Of a stretch of DNA of 64,000 bases, positions 29,754 to 39,078 are shown in pieces; the stretch's first letter is position 1, and each line of letters opens with the position of its first letter. The stretch spans positions 2,041-66,040 of the forward strand of contig CAMDBX010000002.1 of assembly GCA_945889445.1 (NCBI GenBank), read 5' to 3'. Position numbers and translations under genes: made by a program. The notes beneath the pieces were generated by a model, which made no database searches, was not told the origin of the DNA, and was given only the letters and a program-made list of their open reading frames with translations. Source of the stretch: Rhizobium sp. Q54. Lineage in GTDB: Bacteria; Pseudomonadota; Alphaproteobacteria; Rhizobiales; Aestuariivirgaceae.

Positions 29754-32557
29754 TCTACCCTCTCGAGCGGCTTCAGCGTGGCAAATTGCGGCGCACTGAC
29801 ATCCGACTGGTCGGAGGCCTTCTCGACGCGAACGCGGAGGTCGTACCATGCAGCTTGGCCTGTGACGGGATCGCTGTTCGAATAGCGATAACCGCCTTCA
29901 CGCTCAGGCAGTAGTTCCGAGATCAGGTGATTGAGCAGGAAGCCCTGCTTCGATTCATCCGATCCGGGCTTCAGGCCCCATGCGCCGGAGCGCTTGCCGA
30001 TGGCGTTCCACGTCCACACGGTTTCGGGGTTTACGCCATCCATCAGCCTGGCCTGGGCCTTGATCTTGCCGTGGTGCGAGGTGACCGTCACCCAGTCGCC
30101 ATCCGCCACCTTGAGCTTCACCGCCATCTCGCGCGCCATGTAGAGCCAGTTGCGCGACATGATCTGGCGGAGCCAGGCATTCTGCGAACCCCAGGAGTGA
30201 TACATGGCCATCGGCCGCTGGGTGACGGCATGCATGGGGAATTCCGTTTCCGACACCATCTCGCCCTCGAAGGGCGGATACCAGAAGGGGATGGGGTCGA
30301 AGTAATCCGCGATGCGCTTGCGATGTTGCTCAGGTGCCACGACCTTGCCGTGGCCGCGCGCCGACAGGCGGAACTTCTGCAGCGGCTCGCAATAGAGCTG
30401 GTGGATGACGGGCTCGGGCTTGCCGATGAAGCCGAAGAAGGTGGCCCAGTCGAGATAGGCCCAGTTCACATGGCGATAGTACTTCATGTGATCGGGAAGC
30501 TCGTAGAACCAGTGGCAGCCATTGTCGATGTAGCGCTGCAGTTGCTCCGGATTGGGCGTGCCGCGCCCCTGCGCGCGGCCGTTGGGCCCGCGGAACCCGG
30601 CCAGCGGGCCGATGCCGGGTGCGCGCTCATGGTTGACGATGTAGTCCGGGTAGCCGCCGGGATAGCGGGCCGAGCCATCGGTGCGCGTCATGCCCGGAAG
30701 GCCGATGCGCGTGCCAAGGTCGAGCAGCACGGTCTGGAAGGGGCGCACGTCACGCTCGGGCTCGACCACCGGCTGGCGGATCGAATCCGCCGGGCCGTCA
30801 GCCTCCGAAATCGGGCGATCGAGAAGCGAGATGCAATCCCAGCGCTCGAGATAGGTGGTGTCGGGCAGGATGAGGTCGGCGTAATGCACCATCTCGGAGG
30901 CATAGGCATCCGAATAGATGATCTTCGGGATGGTGTAGCTGCCGTCCGGCTCCTTCTGCGTGAGATACTTGATGGTATCCGGCACGTTCATCGCCGAGTT
31001 CCAGCTCATGTTGGCCATGTACATGAACAGGACGTCGATGCCGTAGGGGTCCTTCTTCGCGGCATTGGTGATGACCATGTGCATCATGCCATGGGCAGCG
31101 AGTGGCGCATCCCAGCTGTAAGCCTTGTCGAGGCGCTGCGGGGTTCCCTCCGCGTCGACCAGCAGGTCTTCGGGCGAGGTGACGAAGCCCAGCGGCGGGC
31201 CGGGGAGCGGCGTGTTGGGCTTCACCTGGCCGGGCTTGCCGGCCGGCTTCACGCCGGGCGGCGGCGGCTTGGGGAATGGCGGCTTGTAGCGGAAGCCGCC
31301 CGGCACATCGATGGTGCCGAGCAGGATCTGCAGGAGGTGGATGGTGCGGCAGGTCTGGAAGCCGTTGGCATGCGCCGAGATGCCGCGCATGGCGTGCATG
31401 GAGACGGGGCGCCCCACCATCTTTTCATGGTAGCGGCCGAGATGGTCCGTCCACGGAACGTCGAGCGCGATCTCCTCCTCGAAGGCGGTGCGGGCCAGTT
31501 CGGCGGCGATGCGCCGGATGGTCTCCACGGGAACACCGCAACGCTCGGAGACATTCTCGGCCGACCATTCGGCATCGATGAAGCGTTCGGCAATCAGCGT
31601 GAAGGCGGTGACGACGCGGCGGCCGTCCGGCATCTTGAAGCGGCCCATGAGCTTCGGCGCGGCATCGGGCGACAGGGCGGGCATGGGCGAATTCGAGTGG
31701 CTGTCCCAGACGAGGGCCGAATTCTGCGCGTTGCGGACGAAGAGGCCGTCATCGGCGCCACCCTCGTTCTCGATGATGAGCCACGGCGAGTTGGTGTAGC
31801 GGAGCAGGTATTCGCCATCGATCTTCTGGGCGGTGAGAAGCTCATGGATCAGCGCGCCGACGAACAGGCCGTCCGTGCCGGGGCGGATACCGATCCATTC
31901 GTCTGCGATGGCCGAATAGCCGGTGCGGATCGGATTGATCGAGACGATCTTGGCGCCCCTGGCCTTGAGCTGGCCCAGCGCCTTCTTGATGGGATTGGAG
32001 CCATGATCCTCGGCCACGCCGAACAGCATGAAATACTTGGTGTGTTTCCAGTCCGGTTCGCCGAACTCCCAGAAGGAGCCGCCGAAGGTGTAGAGGCCCG
32101 CCGCCGCCATGTTGACGGAGCAGAAGCCGCCATGGGCTGCATAGTTGGGGGTGCCGAACTGGGTGGCCCACCAGCCGGTGAGGCCCTGGCTCTGGTCGCG
32201 GCCGGTGAAGAAGGCCAGCTTCTTCGGGTCTTTGGCGCGAACCTCGGAGAGCCATCCGGCGGCGAGGCCCAGCGCCTCGTCCCACTCGATCTCCTTGAAC
32301 TCGCCCGAGCCGCGCTCGCCGACCCGCAACAGCGGCTTCGACAGGCGGCCCGGCGAATAATGCTGCATGATGCCGGCAGCACCCTTGCCGCAGATGACGC
32401 CCTTGTTGACCGGGTGATCCGGGTTGCCGTCGATATAGGTGACGCGGCCATCCTTCATCTGTACCCGGATGCCGCAGCGGCAGGCGCACATGTAGCAGGT
32501 GGTGGTCTTCACCTCGTCCCAGTTCTTCGGAGAGGTGTTTACGACGGGTTCGGTCAT
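29750..32557 (-). CDS. soeA: Molybdopterin oxidoreductase, sulfite dehydrogenase catalytic subunit (cytoplasmic, no Tat signal)
   Basis: TTCYMCACRCGI, ICGKG, FFTGRDQSQ, AAHGGFCSVNMA, HAMRGISAH, YMANMSWNS, YHSW.SQNAWLRQI, NSDPVTGQAAWYDLRV. Confidence 0.87.
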   Translation of the reverse strand: MTEPVVNTSPKNWDEVKTTTCYMCACRCGIRVQMKDGRVTYIDGNPDHPVNKGVICGKGAAGIMQHYSPGRLSKPLLRVGERGSGEFKEIEWDEALGLAAGWLSEVRAKDPKKLAFFTGRDQSQGLTGWWATQFGTPNYAAHGGFCSVNMAAAGLYTFGGSFWEFGEPDWKHTKYFMLFGVAEDHGSNPIKKALGQLKARGAKIVSINPIRTGYSAIADEWIGIRPGTDGLFVGALIHELLTAQKIDGEYLLRYTNSPWLIIENEGGADDGLFVRNAQNSALVWDSHSNSPMPALSPDAAPKLMGRFKMPDGRRVVTAFTLIAERFIDAEWSAENVSERCGVPVETIRRIAAELARTAFEEEIALDVPWTDHLGRYHEKMVGRPVSMHAMRGISAHANGFQTCRTIHLLQILLGTIDVPGGFRYKPPFPKPPPPGVKPAGKPGQVKPNTPLPGPPLGFVTSPEDLLVDAEGTPQRLDKAYSWDAPLAAHGMMHMVITNAAKKDPYGIDVLFMYMANMSWNSAMNVPDTIKYLTQKEPDGSYTIPKIIYSDAYASEMVHYADLILPDTTYLERWDCISLLDRPISEADGPADSIRQPVVEPERDVRPFQTVLLDLGTRIGLPGMTRTDGSARYPGGYPDYIVNHERAPGIGPLAGFRGPNGRAQGRGTPNPEQLQRYIDNGCHWFYELPDHMKYYRHVNWAYLDWATFFGFIGKPEPVIHQLYCEPLQKFRLSARGHGKVVAPEQHRKRIADYFDPIPFWYPPFEGEMVSETEFPMHAVTQRPMAMYHSWGSQNAWLRQIMSRNWLYMAREMAVKLKVADGDWVTVTSHHGKIKAQARLMDGVNPETVWTWNAIGKRSGAWGLKPGSDESKQGFLLNHLISELLPEREGGYRYSNSDPVTGQAAWYDLRVRVEKASDQSDVSAPQFATLKPLERVE

Positions 32558-32571
32558 GCGCTTCCGGCCTA

Positions 32572-32625
32572 GGGGGTCCAATCTTTTCTACTCTACCGGC
32601 TCTCTTGGACCTATGATAGGTCCAG
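32572..32625. promoter_or_regulatory. TauR-like operator repeats between soeA and the divergent MocR regulator
   Basis: TGGACCTAT-g-ATAGGTCCA perfect inverted repeat (32606-32624) plus a further TTGGACC copy on the minus strand (32575-32581). Confidence 0.6.
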
Positions 32626-32647
32626 ACAGAGCGTTCACAGGGACCAA

Positions 32648-34111
32648 ATGCGCGACTGGCTCGTCCATATCCGGCGGAACGAACACGCCAGCCTCCAGAC
32701 CCAGATCCGCGAGGCGCTGGTCTCCGCCATCCTCGACGGGCAGCTTGCCCGTGAAGAGCCGATTCCGTCCACCCGCAAGATGGCCAAGAGCCTCGGGGTT
32801 TCCCGCAATACGGTGGTGCTCGCCTATCAGGGGCTTCTCGACGACGGCTACCTCATGGCCCGCGAGAGATCCGGCTACTACGTGGCCGAGAAGGCAATCG
32901 AGGGGGCCGTGACGCCGAAGCAGCCGCTGAAGCATGCGGCACCGGGCACCGGCATCGACTGGTCGCGGCGCCTCACCATGCAGCCGACCGACCAGGCCAA
33001 TGTCTCGAAGCCGCTGGACTGGCAGTCCTACCCCTACCCCTTCATCTATGGCCAGGTGGACCACACGCTGTTCCCGCTTGCCGAATGGCGTGACTGTGCC
33101 CGGCAGGCGCTGGGCAAGAAGTGGCTGGGCTCGTGGACCAACGACACCTGGGCCCATGACGACCCGCTGCTGGTGGAGCAGATTCGCCGCCGCATCCTGC
33201 CGCGCCGCGGCATCATGGCGAATGACGACGAGATCCTGGTGACGCTGGGCGCCCAGAACGCGCTCTACCTTCTCACCACGCTGCTGGCGGGACGCGACAC
33301 GCGGGTGGGCATGGAAGACCCCGGCTACCCGGACGTGCGCAACATCTTCAACCTCAGCACGCCGCATGTTTCGCTTCTGCACGTGGACGAGAAGGGCCTC
33401 GTGCCATCCGACGCCTTCGATGCCTGCGACCTCGTCTTCACCACGCCCAGCCACCAGTTCCCGACGACGGTGACGATGCCGCTGGAGCGCCGCATGGAAC
33501 TGCTCAAGCGCGCCGCGAAGCATGACGTGGTCATCATCGAGGACGACTACGAATTCGAGACGAATTACGTGAACGAGCCCTGCCCGGCGCTCAAGTCGCT
33601 CGATGATGACGGGCGTGTGATCTACGTGGGCTCGCTGTCGAAGACGCTGTTCCCGGGCCTGCGCCTCGGCTTCCTGGTGGCGCCGAAGAACATCGTGGCG
33701 GAAGCCCGCGCGCTCAGGCGCCTGATGGTGCGGCATGCACCCAACAACAACCAGCGCACGGCGGCGCTGTTCCTGTCGCTCGGCCACCACGACACGCTGA
33801 TCCGCCGGTTGCACCGCGCCTATCGCACGCGCTGGGAAATCATGGGTGAGGCCCTGAAGCAGCATCTGCCGGATGCGAGCCGCGTGCCGAGCTTCGGCGG
33901 CACGAGCTTCTGGGTGAAGGGCCCGGACGGGCTCGACAGTGATGAGCTCGGAAAGGCCGCGGCGGCCAAGGGCGTGCTGATTGAGCCCGGCCACATCACA
34001 TTCGGTGCGCCGGATGCGCCGCGCAATTTCTATCGCCTCGCCTTTTCCTCGATCGCCGAGCAGAAGATCGAGCCCGGCATCCGCATCCTGTCAGACCTCG
34101 TGCGGCGCTGA
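32648..34111 (+). CDS. tauR: MocR/GabR-family (GntR HTH + PLP domain) regulator, TauR-like
   Basis: PSTRKMA..L.VSRNTVVLAY..L...GYL..RERSG, YPYPFIYGQ.D, TPSHQFPT, IIEDDYE, YVGSLSKTLFPGLRLG; divergent from soeABC. Confidence 0.75.
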   Translation: MRDWLVHIRRNEHASLQTQIREALVSAILDGQLAREEPIPSTRKMAKSLGVSRNTVVLAYQGLLDDGYLMARERSGYYVAEKAIEGAVTPKQPLKHAAPGTGIDWSRRLTMQPTDQANVSKPLDWQSYPYPFIYGQVDHTLFPLAEWRDCARQALGKKWLGSWTNDTWAHDDPLLVEQIRRRILPRRGIMANDDEILVTLGAQNALYLLTTLLAGRDTRVGMEDPGYPDVRNIFNLSTPHVSLLHVDEKGLVPSDAFDACDLVFTTPSHQFPTTVTMPLERRMELLKRAAKHDVVIIEDDYEFETNYVNEPCPALKSLDDDGRVIYVGSLSKTLFPGLRLGFLVAPKNIVAEARALRRLMVRHAPNNNQRTAALFLSLGHHDTLIRRLHRAYRTRWEIMGEALKQHLPDASRVPSFGGTSFWVKGPDGLDSDELGKAAAAKGVLIEPGHITFGAPDAPRNFYRLAFSSIAEQKIEPGIRILSDLVRR

Positions 34112-34115
34112 GCCC

Positions 34116-35051
34116 ATGAAACTTGCAACCGACAACCGGGCGATGGCGATGTTCTGCGTGCTTGCAGGCGTAGGCCTCGCGTCCGCTCAGGACGCGGTCG
34201 TCAAGTACATGTCGTCAGGCTATCCGGCCTATGAGACGCTGCTCTTTCGTTGCATAGGCTCGCTGCCGGTGATCGCCTTCGTGCTGTGGCGCGAGGGGCG
34301 CGGCTGGTCGATTGCCACGCCGCTGTGGCGGCGGGTGTGCCTGCGAGGACTGATCCTCGCCGCAGCCTATCTGTGCTTCGTGCTGGCGATCGCGGCCATT
34401 CCCATTGCCAATGCGGTCGCGATCTATTTCACCATGCCGTTCTTCGTGGCGGGGCTCGCAGGGCCGATGCTGCATGAGCGGGTGCGGTTGCACCGCTGGC
34501 TGGCGATCATTGCGGGCTTCATCGGTGTTCTCATCATGGTGCGGCCGGGTGCTGGCGTGTTCGAGCCGGCTTCGCTGCTGGCGCTGGGCTCAGCGCTGGG
34601 CTACGCCGTGGGCCAGATGCTGGGCCGCCCGCTGTCCCAGAGAGTAACGCCCATCGTCATCGCGACGTGGCAGAACTTCATTTACGCTGGCTTGGCACTC
34701 AGCCTCGGCATTGTGTTCAACACCTTCGACTTCGGAACCTTCACGCATCCGAGCCTCGTGTTCCTGTCGCGTCCTCCAGTGTGGCCGTCGGCTTTCGATG
34801 CCATGCTGCTGTTTGGACACGGCATCTTTGCAGGGACCGCGATGATCCTGTTCATCAATGCCTACCGTTTGGCGGAAACGAACTTCGTGGCTCCCTTCGA
34901 GTATTCGGCGATGATCTGGGCCGTGTTCTACGGGATCGTGCTGTTCGGCGATTTCCCGGATTTCTTCACGTGGGTCGGCGTCGCAATCGTGGTGGTGGCG
35001 GGCATCCTGATGATCCTGCGCGACCGCGCGCTGGATCGATCCCTCACCTAG
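34116..35051 (+). CDS. DMT/EamA family transporter
   Basis: About 10 TM segments, L.ERV...RW.A...GF.GVLI.VRPG, APFEY. Confidence 0.9.
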   Translation: MKLATDNRAMAMFCVLAGVGLASAQDAVVKYMSSGYPAYETLLFRCIGSLPVIAFVLWREGRGWSIATPLWRRVCLRGLILAAAYLCFVLAIAAIPIANAVAIYFTMPFFVAGLAGPMLHERVRLHRWLAIIAGFIGVLIMVRPGAGVFEPASLLALGSALGYAVGQMLGRPLSQRVTPIVIATWQNFIYAGLALSLGIVFNTFDFGTFTHPSLVFLSRPPVWPSAFDAMLLFGHGIFAGTAMILFINAYRLAETNFVAPFEYSAMIWAVFYGIVLFGDFPDFFTWVGVAIVVVAGILMILRDRALDRSLT

Positions 35052-35794
35052 AGGCCAAACCGAGTCGACAGCCGCCCCGCCAGCGACCGCGGCGGGAAGG
35101 GCATTTCAGCATCCACGCCGCGCCTCGTCCAGATCGTTGCATACATGTGCATGAAGGGCGACGGCGGCGGGTCACGCTCCTCGAGGAAATAGCCGGGCAC
35201 GTTCCACCACGCCACGGGGTCAACAACCTCAGGCGGCAGGATGTCGATCTCCTCGGCAGGCTCGCGCAGCATGAGGCTGGACATCATATGGGGGCCAACG
35301 TTTTCCCAGTTGCGATCCTCCGGATTGAGCGTGGCAACGCGATCCACCGCGCGGTGCCAGAGATCGCCCGCACGAGGTGAAGGATTGGCCATGAAGCTGT
35401 TGGTGACCTGGGTGAGGCTCTCGCCCGTTGCGGTCGGCTCGGCATGGCGGAAGGGGCGGCGCTTCTCCGAGGCGATCAGTGGGCGCGCCTCGATCTTCGG
35501 ATCGGGGTCGAGGGCCACGATGTCGAGATCGGCCCAGATGCCGCCCTGCTCGGACAGCACGCGGTAGCGGAACAGGCTGGTGAGATAGGCCATGTTGGAC
35601 GCGTCGCCCTGCGGCATGGGCAGCAGCGAGGACGCATCCTGCACGTTTTTGAATTCGGCGCGCAGGTGATCGGGATCGTAGCTCCAGAGGGTCACGCGGT
35701 AGCCTTGGGCGATGAAGCTGGCGAGGCTCAGGCGGGCGAGGCGCGAGAGTTCGCCTGAAACCCAGAGCATGTGGACGGGAAGTTTCTTCAACAT
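35048..35794 (-). CDS. DXD-motif glycosyltransferase-like protein (GT32/Och1-like)
   Basis: HMLW....L....LSL.SF...G..V.LW.Y, FRY..L...GGIWADLD, GP. Confidence 0.65.
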   Translation of the reverse strand: MLKKLPVHMLWVSGELSRLARLSLASFIAQGYRVTLWSYDPDHLRAEFKNVQDASSLLPMPQGDASNMAYLTSLFRYRVLSEQGGIWADLDIVALDPDPKIEARPLIASEKRRPFRHAEPTATGESLTQVTNSFMANPSPRAGDLWHRAVDRVATLNPEDRNWENVGPHMMSSLMLREPAEEIDILPPEVVDPVAWWNVPGYFLEERDPPPSPFMHMYATIWTRRGVDAEMPFPPRSLAGRLSTRFGL

Positions 35795-35802
35795 CGAGGA
35801 CC

Positions 35803-36270
35803 TCAGATCGGATAGCCCGCCCAGCCCTTCACCGTGCGGAGCGCCAACGAGGACTGGATGCGTTGCACGCCGGGAAGGCGCGAGATTCGCGAGCGGTGAA
35901 TGCGCTCATAGTCGGTCGCATCGGTTGCGGCAACGCGCAGCAGATAGTCGAACTGGCCGCTCATCAGATGGCACTCGAGAATTTCCGGCACGCGCTGCAC
36001 CGCCTTCTCGAACTTCTCGAAGGCCTCCTCCGTCTGGGCAGAGAGCGAGACCTCGACGAAGAACTCGTTGGCAAGCCCCAGCGCCGCGCGGTCAAGGTTG
36101 GCGGTGTAACCCTGGATGACGCCCGCCTCCTCGAGGAGCTTGACCCGCCTGTGGCAGGAGGAGGCCGAAAGGCCGGCCTTCTGCGCCAGATCGGCGATCG
36201 GGCGCTGGGCGTTCTTCTGCAGCTCCGACAGGATGATCTTGTCGGTCTTGTCGAGTTCCTGGGATTTCAT
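35803..36270 (-). CDS. Lrp/AsnC family transcriptional regulator (AldR-like, divergent from ald)
   Basis: LD..D..IL..LQ.NA, LA...GLS.S.C.RRVK.LEE.GVI.GY, ECHLMSG.FDYLL. Confidence 0.93.
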   Translation of the reverse strand: MKSQELDKTDKIILSELQKNAQRPIADLAQKAGLSASSCHRRVKLLEEAGVIQGYTANLDRAALGLANEFFVEVSLSAQTEEAFEKFEKAVQRVPEILECHLMSGQFDYLLRVAATDATDYERIHRSRISRLPGVQRIQSSLALRTVKGWAGYPI

Positions 36271-36392
36271 TCGAAATTTCTATCACATCTTCGAACTGAA
36301 TTTCAATGCTGCGCTGCTCCAGACGCCTCTTCGGAAAATCATTTCAAGCCGGATTTGGTAGGTTGCGCCCACCATTGAGGGAGGAATTTTCA

Positions 36393-37508
36393 ATGCTCAT
36401 CGGCGTTCCGAAGGAAATCAAGAATCACGAATATCGCGTGGGCATGACGCCCACCTCGGTGAAGGAAGCCGTGCGCCACGGCCATGAGGTGTGGGTGCAG
36501 GCCAATGCCGGTTCCGGCATCGGTGCAACCGACGCCGACTACACCGCTGCCGGCGCCAAGATCATCGCCACCGCGGCAGAGATCTTCGGCAAGGCCGACA
36601 TGATCGTGAAGGTGAAGGAACCGCAGGCCGCCGAGCGCAAGATGCTGCGCCCCGGGCAGATCCTTTACACCTACCTGCACCTAGCGCCCGATCCGGAGCA
36701 GACCAAGGACCTGGTCGCCTCAGGTGCCGTTTGCATCGCCTACGAAACCGTCACCTCGGCGCGCGGCGGCCTGCCGCTGCTGGCCCCGATGAGCCAGGTC
36801 GCGGGCCGCATGTCGGTCCAGTCCGGCGCGCATTGCCTAGAGAAGGCGCAGGGCGGCCTTGGCGTGCTGCTGGGCGGCGTTCCCGGCGTGGCGCCGGGCA
36901 AGGTGGTGATCCTCGGTGGCGGCGTGGTCGGCACCAATGCCGCCGTGGTGGCGCTGGGCATGGGCGCTGACGTGACCATTCTCGAGAAGAACACCGACCG
37001 CATGGAAGAACTGGTCGCCCGCTTCGGCACGGCGATCAAGACGATCTATTCCACGCAGGGTGCGGTGGAAGACGAATGCGCCGCGGCCGACCTCGTGATC
37101 GGCGGCGTGCTGATCCCCGGCGCTGCGGCCCCGAAGCTCGTCACCAAGGCGATGCTGAAGGAGTGGAAGCCGGGCTCGGTGCTCGTCGACGTCGCCATCG
37201 ATCAGGGCGGCTGTGCCGAAACCTCCAAGGCCACCACCCATGCCGAGCCGACCTATGTGGTCGATGGCGTGATCCACTATTGCGTGGCCAACATGCCGGG
37301 CGGCGTTGCCCGCACCTCGACCTATGCGCTCAACAACGTGACGCTTCCCTTCGCCCTGGCCATTGCCAACAAGGGCTGGAAGAAGGCGCTGCTGGACGAC
37401 GCCCACCTGCGCAACGGCCTCAACGTGGCCGATGGCAAGGTGACCTACAAGGCGGTGGCCGACGACCTCGGTTACGCCTACGTGCCGGCGGAAAAGCTGC
37501 TGGCCTGA
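36393..37508 (+). CDS. ald: Alanine dehydrogenase
   Basis: [66 protein letters not shown]. Confidence 0.97.
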   Translation: MLIGVPKEIKNHEYRVGMTPTSVKEAVRHGHEVWVQANAGSGIGATDADYTAAGAKIIATAAEIFGKADMIVKVKEPQAAERKMLRPGQILYTYLHLAPDPEQTKDLVASGAVCIAYETVTSARGGLPLLAPMSQVAGRMSVQSGAHCLEKAQGGLGVLLGGVPGVAPGKVVILGGGVVGTNAAVVALGMGADVTILEKNTDRMEELVARFGTAIKTIYSTQGAVEDECAAADLVIGGVLIPGAAAPKLVTKAMLKEWKPGSVLVDVAIDQGGCAETSKATTHAEPTYVVDGVIHYCVANMPGGVARTSTYALNNVTLPFALAIANKGWKKALLDDAHLRNGLNVADGKVTYKAVADDLGYAYVPAEKLLA

Positions 37509-37534
37509 GCCTGGCTCACGATCTGAACGACGAG

Positions 37535-37564
37535 ACGCCCGGTGCAAGCCGGGCGTTTTGTTTT
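37535..37564 (+). terminator. Rho-independent terminator of ald
   Basis: acgcccgg-tgcaag-ccgggcgt followed by tttgtttt. Confidence 0.8.
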
Positions 37565-37579
37565 CTCGCCTCCCGCTGC

Positions 37580-37768
37580 CGTCACCCCAGCGAAAGCTGG
37601 GGCCCAGCTTCGGGTCTGCAAGGACACCCTATAAAAGCGACCAGAAAGTCCTTGGAGGCCATTTCTTGTGTTTAGGCTAGTAGGGTAGCCTGAGAAATTC
37701 CTGCCAAAAACAATCGTTACAACTTCTCTAAAATCCAAAGCTGGGCACCAGCTTTCGCTGGGGAGACG
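37580..37768. repeat. Inverted pair of REP-like palindromes (31 bp, 2 mismatches) enclosing a 127-bp AT-rich spacer
   Basis: cgtcaccccagcgaaagctggggcccagctt (37580-37610) versus aagctgggcaccagctttcgctggggagacg (37738-37768). Confidence 0.75.
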
Positions 37769-37800
37769 AAGTCGCTGGGGCGCGCGCCCTGCCCATCACC

Positions 37801-37879
37801 TCACCTTGCGCGGACTTGATCCGCGCATCCCCTTTGGCCTCGGCAAAAAGGACCCCCGGGTCGAGCCCGGGGGAGGTGA
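37801..37879. repeat. Second REP/REPIN-like doublet
   Basis: tcacct-tgcgcggacttgatccgcgca-tcc ... gga-cccccgggtcgagcccggggg-aggtga: two hairpins bracketed by the inverted ends tcacct/aggtga. Confidence 0.65.
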
Positions 37880-37918
37880 ACTCTGGAATTGCGGACGCTT
37901 CAACGACCCCCGAAACGC

Positions 37919-37943
37919 AAAAAGCCAGCCCCGAGGCTGGCTT
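37919..37943 (-). terminator. Rho-independent terminator of rpmF
   Basis: aagccagcc-ccga-ggctggctt stem with a U-tract on the minus strand. Confidence 0.8.
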
Positions 37944-37969
37944 CAAAGCGTCAGCGGTGACGGAAGGGC

Positions 37970-38155
37970 TTAGCCTTCGGCCTTCACCGTGAGAACCTGA
38001 CGGCCCTTGTAGAGGCCGGTCTTCAGGTCGATGTGGTGGGGGCGGCGAAGCTCGCCCGACTTCTTGTCCTCGACCCAGGTCACGGTCTGCTCATGGTGGC
38101 CCGAACGGCGCATGCCGATACGGCTCTTGGACATCTTCTTGCGTGGAACGGCCAT
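37970..38155 (-). CDS. rpmF: 50S ribosomal protein L32 (Cys-free form)
   Basis: [40 protein letters not shown]. Confidence 0.95.
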   Translation of the reverse strand: MAVPRKKMSKSRIGMRRSGHHEQTVTWVEDKKSGELRRPHHIDLKTGLYKGRQVLTVKAEG

Positions 38156-38223
38156 TTGAAACTCCATAGGAAAAGGCGCCGGGAACGGCCCACGCCCTTC
38201 AGTTGGGGGCCTAATAACCCAGA

Positions 38224-39039
38224 CTAGCGCTCAAGGCAAGTCAGATAGGGGCCCATGCCAGCCATGCGGATGAGAATCCGGTTGGCGACGCCGCGCACCC
38301 CCTTGGACGGCTTGCCGGCATTGCGCTTGATCGGGTTCGGCAGCACCGCCGCCAACAGGGCTGCTTCCTTTTTCGTGAGCTTTTTCGCAGGCTTACGGAA
38401 ATGATGCTGGGCTGCAGCCTCGGCTCCGTAAACCCCCGGTGCCCACTCGACGATGTTGAGGTAGATTTCGATCATCCGGCGTTTGGACCAGATCAGGTCC
38501 ATCCACAGGGCGAGCGGCATCTCGATCAGCTTGCGGATGGCAAAGCGACCGTCCCACAGGAACAGATTCTTGGCCGTCTGCATGGGAATCGTCGAGGCGC
38601 CGCGGACCGGCGCCTCGTCCTTGTCCATGGCGTCCTCGATCACCCCCTGGAACTCGATCCAGTCGACGCCGCTGTGCTCGCAGAAGCGGGCATCCTCGGA
38701 GGAGATGACGGCGCGGGGAAGCGCGGGAGACATGTCATCCAGGCTCACCCATTGCTTGTCGATGCCGTTGCCCGACAAGGCCCGCAGAAGCATGATGTTG
38801 GAAAAGGGCGGCGGCACCACGGCATAGACCAGCGTCATGACGATGGGCCAGGCAACCAGGAAGCCCAGCACATAGACGCCCCAGCGCAGCCAGCGGTTCT
38901 TCGGGAGACGACTTTTCAGGGACCGGCGCATGGGTGGAGGTGGCTCAGGCTCGGCATCGTCCGACGGGGCGCCCTCCGCTTCCACGGTGTGGAGCGGTTC
39001 CGCTGTCTGAACGGCTGCTGGTTGAGTTTCTTCGGCCAT
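38224..39039 (-). CDS. mtgA: Monofunctional biosynthetic peptidoglycan transglycosylase
   Basis: [50 protein letters not shown]. Confidence 0.93.
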   Translation of the reverse strand: MAEETQPAAVQTAEPLHTVEAEGAPSDDAEPEPPPPMRRSLKSRLPKNRWLRWGVYVLGFLVAWPIVMTLVYAVVPPPFSNIMLLRALSGNGIDKQWVSLDDMSPALPRAVISSEDARFCEHSGVDWIEFQGVIEDAMDKDEAPVRGASTIPMQTAKNLFLWDGRFAIRKLIEMPLALWMDLIWSKRRMIEIYLNIVEWAPGVYGAEAAAQHHFRKPAKKLTKKEAALLAAVLPNPIKRNAGKPSKGVRGVANRILIRMAGMGPYLTCLER

Positions 39040-39078
39040 GACCCTAATCAGAAGCGGCCTTAGCACAGGAATTTCGCC

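Noticed and set aside
28023..32557. DMSO/TMAO reductase (dmsABC)
   Set aside because: The catalytic subunit has no Tat signal and its motifs match SoeA-type enzymes
29927..32572. 881-aa plus-strand ORF and similar long antisense ORFs (e.g. 4995-6599, 20039-21658, 32588-33994, 58261-59673)
   Set aside because: Shadow frames opposite well-supported genes; the translations look non-biological
37580..37879. CRISPR array or IS element
   Set aside because: The repeats are inverted rather than regularly spaced direct repeats, and there are no cas or transposase genes
37970..38155. Zur-regulated zinc-free L32 paralog
   Set aside because: Cys-free L32 is common in alphaproteobacteria and no Zur box is visible upstream of rpmF
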